64,000 bases of DNA from Atractiella rhizophila (taxonomy: Eukaryota). This document shows positions 57,582 to 64,000 of this stretch, in pieces (positions within the stretch are counted from its first letter, which is position 1; each line of letters begins with the position of its first letter). The stretch lies in contig MU271211.1 of assembly GCA_021432655.1 (NCBI GenBank), positions 1-64,000 on the forward strand. Direction: 5' to 3'. The notes beneath the pieces were generated by a model. That model made no database searches. It worked only from the letters and a program-made list of their open reading frames with translations, and had not been told where the DNA came from. The translations under genes and the position numbers were made by a program.

Positions 57582-59562
57582 ATGTCGACCTTTAGCGACC
57601 CTAATTGCTCTCACTGCAAAGCAAAAGGAACCGTCCAGTGAGCCTTCTTCTATTCTTGGTTTAGGAATCGTGGTTGATTGGTATACTGGGATAGATATGT
57701 TGTAGAAGCATCTGCGTCTCTCTGCATCGAATGCGGCAGTATCTCAGACCATGCCGCCTCCGCGAGCCATGAGCACGGAGCAGGGAGTGATGAATGGCAA
57801 GCATATGTCGGACAGACTTGGATCAACGATGCCGACTACGTCGCTGCTGGCGACGCTAGCACTTTTATCTCTTCAGGTTCAGCGAGCCGAAGTCGTGCCA
57901 TCACAGATGCGTCCGAGCAACGGGAGAGGTACAGACGAACGAAGACTGTGAGTTTTTCTACTGCATCCTGTTATCTGGGAAAGGGTCCATATGTGGGAAA
58001 CAGTTAGATGCGAAGAAGTTCGTAACAGGTCTTCTAGGCAGCTTGGAGCTCACATACCTAGAGGAGAGGGCAATGTGGATGCTAGCACAAGCGAGGAAGC
58101 GTCTGGGGTTCGGATGGGGAAAGAAAGGAGAGATCTATGCGGTGGCGTGTGTTTGTGCGGCGCTGCGAGAGGATAAGAAGACGCATTCTATCGTTGAGCT
58201 TTCGGTACGCTATTCCGTGTTCTACTCTAAACGAGAAACATCTTATAAGTGTTGGAACAGGATCGAGCTGATGTGGATCCGGTCAAAGTCTGCCGTGCCT
58301 ATGTCTCCCTCAAGAGCACTCTTAACCTTAAAATTGACGATTGCGATCCTCTCTACTATGTCGAACGCGAGCTTCGATACATCGACTCTCTCCTTGTTTC
58401 CCTCCCTCCTCCACCACCTACACAAAAGAAGAAAGTTCGTTTGAATATCTCAAAACCGAGACAAGCTTCCTCCGACACCTCAAGCACGAGTACGACGAGC
58501 ACAAACAAGAAGAGGAAACGTGCTGAAGTAGAGGAAGCAAGTGCAGACGTGGACTCGGATACGTCTTCCGCCATGGGTGCGGCAGCCACAACGAACCTCT
58601 CCCCGGAATTACATCAATATCTCCTCTCCATCGACAATCGCGATGTTCTCCGCCTCTCTCGCCAGCTCTTTCTTCTCACTTCATCCATTTCCCTCGTTCT
58701 CAACCGCCAGCCTCAGCAGGTCGCCATCGCTCTCCTGACCGCAGCTCTAGAAGGCGTGTCTTCCCTCCCGTGTCCCAATATGACAGAGCTCAATATTCTC
58801 CTCGCTTCCCGCCTCAAGGTCTCGACTTACATCGTGGGGGAGAGGTATAGGGAACTCTGCAGGGTGATCAAGGATTATTCAGTGCATTGGGATGGATATG
58901 CGGACTTCCTGGCTGGAATGGAAGAAAAGGATCGGAAAGGACGAACCAAGTTCTTGAAAGGTGGAAGAGGTCTAGTGAAGAGGGAAATGGTCAAGTTGAT
59001 AAAGCCAGTGGGCGAGCATTGGCGCGAATTGCAAAGGAAAGTGAACGAACAAGAAGGCACCCACGTTGAGGACGCGAGTCCCTTCTTCGAGACGGAGCGA
59101 TTCAAGGAAAAACAAGAAGCAGAGGAGGCGGCAGAGGAGGAAGAATACGACAATCGATCTTACACAGAGGAGGATGCGGACTGCGAAGGGTTCGCAGAAG
59201 GAGACGTAGGCCCTTCAGTAGATTTCTCCATCGCCACATCGCCTTCGCTTCTATCCCAGGCGTCTCCTTCTCCATCCGACACATCACCTTCCACTTCCGA
59301 ACCTCCCGCCAAGCGAGCGAAAGGATACTCTCGCCCCTTTCATGCCCTCTTGATAAGTGGTCGACCTGCGAAATACGTGCGGGTCCGACCCAGTCGTGAA
59401 GGAACAGCGACGCCAATGCTGAGCGTGAAAGAGAGGTATGGGAAGGAGGTAGAAGAGTTGACGGATGAGGAAATGTTTGGAGACGGAGAGTTAGCAGGTT
59501 ACTTGAATGATGAGCAGGAGGTAGAGAGGAAGAAGTCAATTTGGGAATCCATGAATGAATGA
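57582..59562 (+). CDS. TFIIB-related factor, divergent BRF1/BRF2-like
   Basis: Zn ribbon CSHC..CIECG; cyclin-fold motifs GWGKKGEIYAVACVCAALRE, DPLYYVER, NRQPQQVAIALL, IVGERYREL; C-terminal DEEMFGDGELAGYLNDEQEVERKKSIWESMN resembles the start of the Brf1 TBP-binding block. Confidence 0.78.
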
Positions 59563-59816
59563 CGGTTTTCCTTGAGCCGTAAGCAGATGTGGAGGATAGA
59601 CGATAGACTTGGGAATCTATTGGCAACTACAGATGTTGAATAATTCACACATTGAGCGTTTTAGCATTTATAGCAGACAGCACGTCATCCATTAACCGAA
59701 AAGCACTGATAATCGAAGCAAGCAAGAGTTTTGAACGACGGACATGCTGATATATATGCGACTAATTGAAATTTAAGGAGCAAGCACAAATAAAAACGAA
59801 AGAGCCACGAGTTGGG

Positions 59817-62800
59817 TTATAGCTCTTCATCCATCTCTACCTGCTCAGAAGGCTTGACCATTCCTAGATCCACGACATTAGAGATGCCTACTAAGAGGAA
59901 CGCACTGACCTGGGATGGCCAAATTCTTTTGCCGTGCTTCCTCTTCTTGCTTCTTCTTCTCCTCCTCTTTTTCGTCTTGGAACAAATCGGTGTGGTCACC
60001 GTCTTCTTTACCTTGAAACTCTCGGATTTGGATGAGGAAGTCCCGTGTTGCTAGTTTGAAGGCGATCTACAAGCGAAATTGTCACGGTATTCTGTGTCAA
60101 TTAAGAGATGCGTACGTGATCATTGTGCAACTCAAACAATCGTGAGACATAGGTTTGGATTTGGGACCTAACGGCACATCACAAACTGAAGAAGATAGGA
60201 GGTATTCTACTCACGATTGCATATTGGGGAACGCTTTGGTGAGGAGATCGACTGTAAACTGGCCCACATAGGTGACATTGTCCATTGATGGAGGCTGCGT
60301 TGCGGGATCAAAGAGAGGAGCTTGGATGGCACCTTCTTGTACAAGACCGAATATGCGAGCTAACAGATTTGTCTGGTATTTGAACCCTACCAAGGACTAA
60401 GCAATGCTGACCAGGACGCGAAGGAAGAACTAACCGCTACGATGGTCGACGTCCGTCATAACTACGAAAACATCCTCTATCATGGCAAGAAGGTACTGCT
60501 GGAAGAAACCGCTAGCAACAGCGGGATCCGTCTGAGCAACATTATTGAGAAGTTCATAGGCGATACTGAATAATAATGAGCGAGCAATACAGCAAATGGA
60601 TAAGTACTCACTTCATTCCCACATTGCCGATATCCCCACGATAGTGTTTCATTGCCCACACTATAGAAAGGATGAACAGCTTGAAGCGTTCGGGCGGGAG
60701 AGCCAACAGAGCTGAAAGTTATTGTTATCCCACAGTCATAGCTGCTAAGGGAATGAACGAACCAGGGAAACAGGAGGTATCGATAGCCCTTAAGAGGTGG
60801 AAGAACTGGACACGATGCTCAGGGAAGTTTGCAAACTCCTTGTTGATCATGTCTAGTGTGCAATCAAAGACAGCGTCTAAGACTGGGGCGATTTTATCGT
60901 TCATCAGAGGCTGTAAGGTGAAATAATCAATCTTGAGTACCAGTGGCAACGAATACGCTTACCCCCATCTTTGCAACACAGGTTGCCGTTACGAGCAGCA
61001 CATCGGCTTCTCGTGCGTCGGGAATGTTGGTGTTGTAGTCGCCAAGGATGGCATCGAAGAGTGGAGGGATTAAAGATACGTTGTTCTCCGTTAGGTCTTC
61101 GGAACGTTTGACCTTTGTCTTCATCAGGACCCATACATTGATAAACTGGAGAAGACAACATACATATTTTTCGAAAAGCTTTAGTGTCTCTTTTTTGATG
61201 CTCCTCAGCCCTCTGACTTTCGGAGTCTTCGTGGCGATCATTCCGTCCTTCGCGATGCTCTCGTTAATAATCCCACTGACAGTTTTGTACATCGCTAGGA
61301 TGTCTTCTTGTATAAACTTCAGTTGTGGGGCGTAAGCACCTCCCGCCGAATTGACGATCGCGACATTAGTCCGTATAACATTTACGATAAGCTTGACGTT
61401 CTCGGATTCGTTGAAAACCTCTATAGAATTCTTTGCTTGTTGCACCATGCTGGTCCACTGCTCCCCACGTCAACACTGACTTTCTAAATGAGCATTTTCT
61501 CTCTCACAAATGAATTGGGCAGTTGCATGAGACCAAGTAAAAATTGCTCCTTATGATCTGGATTCAGCGTGCAATAGATCATATGACCACATGCCTCGTA
61601 AAAGGTATGCCTGATGAAAATTTTAGCCATGAGGCTAGCGTGGTGAAAGAAGCGGCGTACACTTGTAGTGGCGAAAGATCACTGGTGATATCAGGAAGAT
61701 TTTGGATAATTTCCTCGATGAAAGGATGTGTTTCGTTGGGTTGGACCGTGACGAAATACCGTTTACACTTTTGTGCGATCTTGAGGAACGTATCACAAGC
61801 CATATCCTGGACACCTGCCAGCATACTCAGCATATCCATCTAGTACCAGCTGGAACGGGGCAATACCTTCATGCCGTTCGTGCATAAACTCAAAGTTCTT
61901 GTTGACAACGGTCTTGAGGAACTTCCAGTGGGCCTTAAGGAAACGAGGGTATTGGCCCACAATGTACATGATGTTCGAAGCGACGACTGCTTTGTTATCC
62001 TTCCCCCGCTTCATCTCGCAGAGGTTGAGAAGGTCCTTTATGACCTGAACCAAGAATCGCTTTTCGCTATCTTCATCTGCAAAGATGATATGAGTGTAGA
62101 GCTAGATCGGGAGGGGAACAACGTACTCATCGCGCCAGATATTGAGCCGATTGCCCAGCAGAGGCGGTTGAGAGGAGTCCAGCTAGGTACAATTCAGAAT
62201 CTACGATCATGTTAGGATGAAAGCTTACCCCCATTCTGAGCCATCAACCTAGCCAAGACATGTAAGCTGAAAGTCAGATAATGGAAAGAAGGCATTACTT
62301 GACGCGTTAATTTATGGGTCATAATAGTCTCCGTGTCCCTTCCGTCTATATTTGTGAGATAGACCAAGATTTCCTTCATCGTCTTGTAAATAACGATAAT
62401 ATCAACTTCCTTCATATGCTCCCGAACGATCTCTCCCTCATCATTCTCCACAACGAGAACCTATCACGCAGAGTTCACTCAGTGGCCCTAGACAAGGTTA
62501 AAAGGCGAACCTCTTCTGGCTTCACCATAGTCTGAATCATGGTCCGCCTAAGAGTTGACAAGATATCCTTGAACTTCCTCTCTCTTGGGCCTAGCAGATC
62601 TCCAAATGCCGTCCCTTCTAGGCTGCCGTCCTGAACCATCTCATTGACGATCGTTCCCAGAGCACTCGCTGGTTGAGATATATGTTCCTCATAGATCTCC
62701 TTCGTAAGCTTCGCCCAAAATTCTAGAGCCATCTTGAACGTTTCTCGTTCGTCTATCAGGGTTATTTTGAGGAGGTAGGAATAGGCGTTGAAGAAAAGCG

Positions 62801-64000
62801 GTTCGGAATTGGGGAACGAAGTATTTTCAAGGACGGCGCCGTGCCAGTTTAAGAAGTAAGTGAGAAAGGAAGTCAGATTCATGATCAGATCCTGCTCGGC
62901 TGTCGATGCATTCTCGTAAAGGACTACGAAATCCGCTGATGGATCTGCGCAATTTCAAATAAGCGATTATCGAAGGAAAGAAGCTCGCAACTGACCATCG
63001 GTGAGAGGGATGACATTATTTATGACCTCCATAACCATCTCGAAAAGCTGAAAGAACTTGATATCATAAGTATGATCAAGTTCGAGCGAATTGATCTGGC
63101 TCAAGCATTTGAGCGATATATTTCGAAATTGATTTGAGGTCAAGAATCGGTTGATGAGGTTTGTAACGAGAGATGTGTTAAAGATGTAGGATTCCGGCAT
63201 CCAGCCCATAAAACGGTGCAGGGCTTCCAGCGTCGCTTGGATCAAAGAAGGTTTTTCACCATTCGCAACGATCTCTTCACACAAATCGAACACCTAGTTC
63301 GAACAAATCAGCACATATTAAGATGCAGAAACATATAGCTCACATCCTTAAACTCTTTCTGGATCTGAATCTGCATACTCTTTGTCCGATTACGGGTCAA
63401 TTGCTGCGCGGAAAAATCGAAAATCTCCTCTGATAAAAGCTTCAAGATCGTAAGGTTGTTTTCGCAGATTGTGAGATTGGTGCGCGAAGACGCTACGAGT
63501 TCAGGAATGAACGTTGGCCATGAGTGAGGCCAGGTTTGTTTGAGAATCTAAGGACTGTCATAAGTCAAGGTCGTTGAGTGTAAGAAAACAGCGTACGGCA
63601 ACGAGAATCATGTTTAGCTTGTTCATGAAAGACTTCTCTTTTCGCAGGATTGTCTCGTCTTCTGAGAGCTTTACAACGGTAGCAACCACCCAGTTCCTTA
63701 TACCTATTCATCGAACAGCTTAGCTTTTTGCTGATGCATTCCCAACAGGACCAAAACAACAAACCAGCTTGTTGGTCAGGAGGAAGCACTTTCCACCGTG
63801 TACCGATAAGCTTCTCCATTATTTGCAGTGCTACATACTATCGCGGAAAACGTTTAACGGCACCACCCTTTAACGCGCTCAAAGAAGTGAGGAACGAAAC
63901 AAACCTTGGTTTGAAAGCTGTTTGACTCTTCCAAAATCTGTGGTACCCTCTGCCACGAGTCTGGATTTTCCTGAAAGGAAGTAATGACCCTCTGAGCCTC
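59817..64000 (-). CDS. CRM1: Exportin-1 (Crm1/Xpo1); 5' end lies beyond the window
   Basis: [152 protein letters not shown]. Confidence 0.95.

Overview
Eukaryotic, gene-dense and intron-rich DNA from a fungus. The ~45-60 nt GT-AG/GC-AG introns with CTRAY branch points and the gene content look basidiomycete (inference; the organism cannot be determined from the window). It holds about 27 protein-coding loci reconstructed by manual splicing: PRP45 (3' part), PYM1, NPR2, four F-box proteins, a divergent pair of membrane-anchored GH9 and GH26-like glycoside hydrolases, a secreted protein, parvulin PIN4, GID7/WDR26, SEC59, TAF7, a GPI-anchored esterase, RLP24, a GH3 beta-glucosidase, PIS1, ORC3, UPF3, an animal/plant-type phosphatidylserine synthase, a SIRT2/HST2 sirtuin, SCAMP, RPS30, a BRF-like TFIIB-family factor, CRM1 (3' part) and two hypothetical ORFs. 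There is also one intron-containing tRNA-Gln(CTG). The most interesting structures are: (1) a ~1.2 kb tandem duplication that copies a bidirectional promoter plus intact sirtuin exons 1-2 and their splice donor; (2) a recurring pattern of unusually long introns whose interiors fold back on themselves between the donor and the branch point; (3) a coding-like, out-of-frame segment of SEC59 bounded by in-phase splice signals; (4) a GH9 with DAGN instead of DAGD; (5) a base-exchange PS synthase in a fungus. Exon boundaries were read by eye and CDS coordinates are gene spans including introns. No folding energies or database searches were run.
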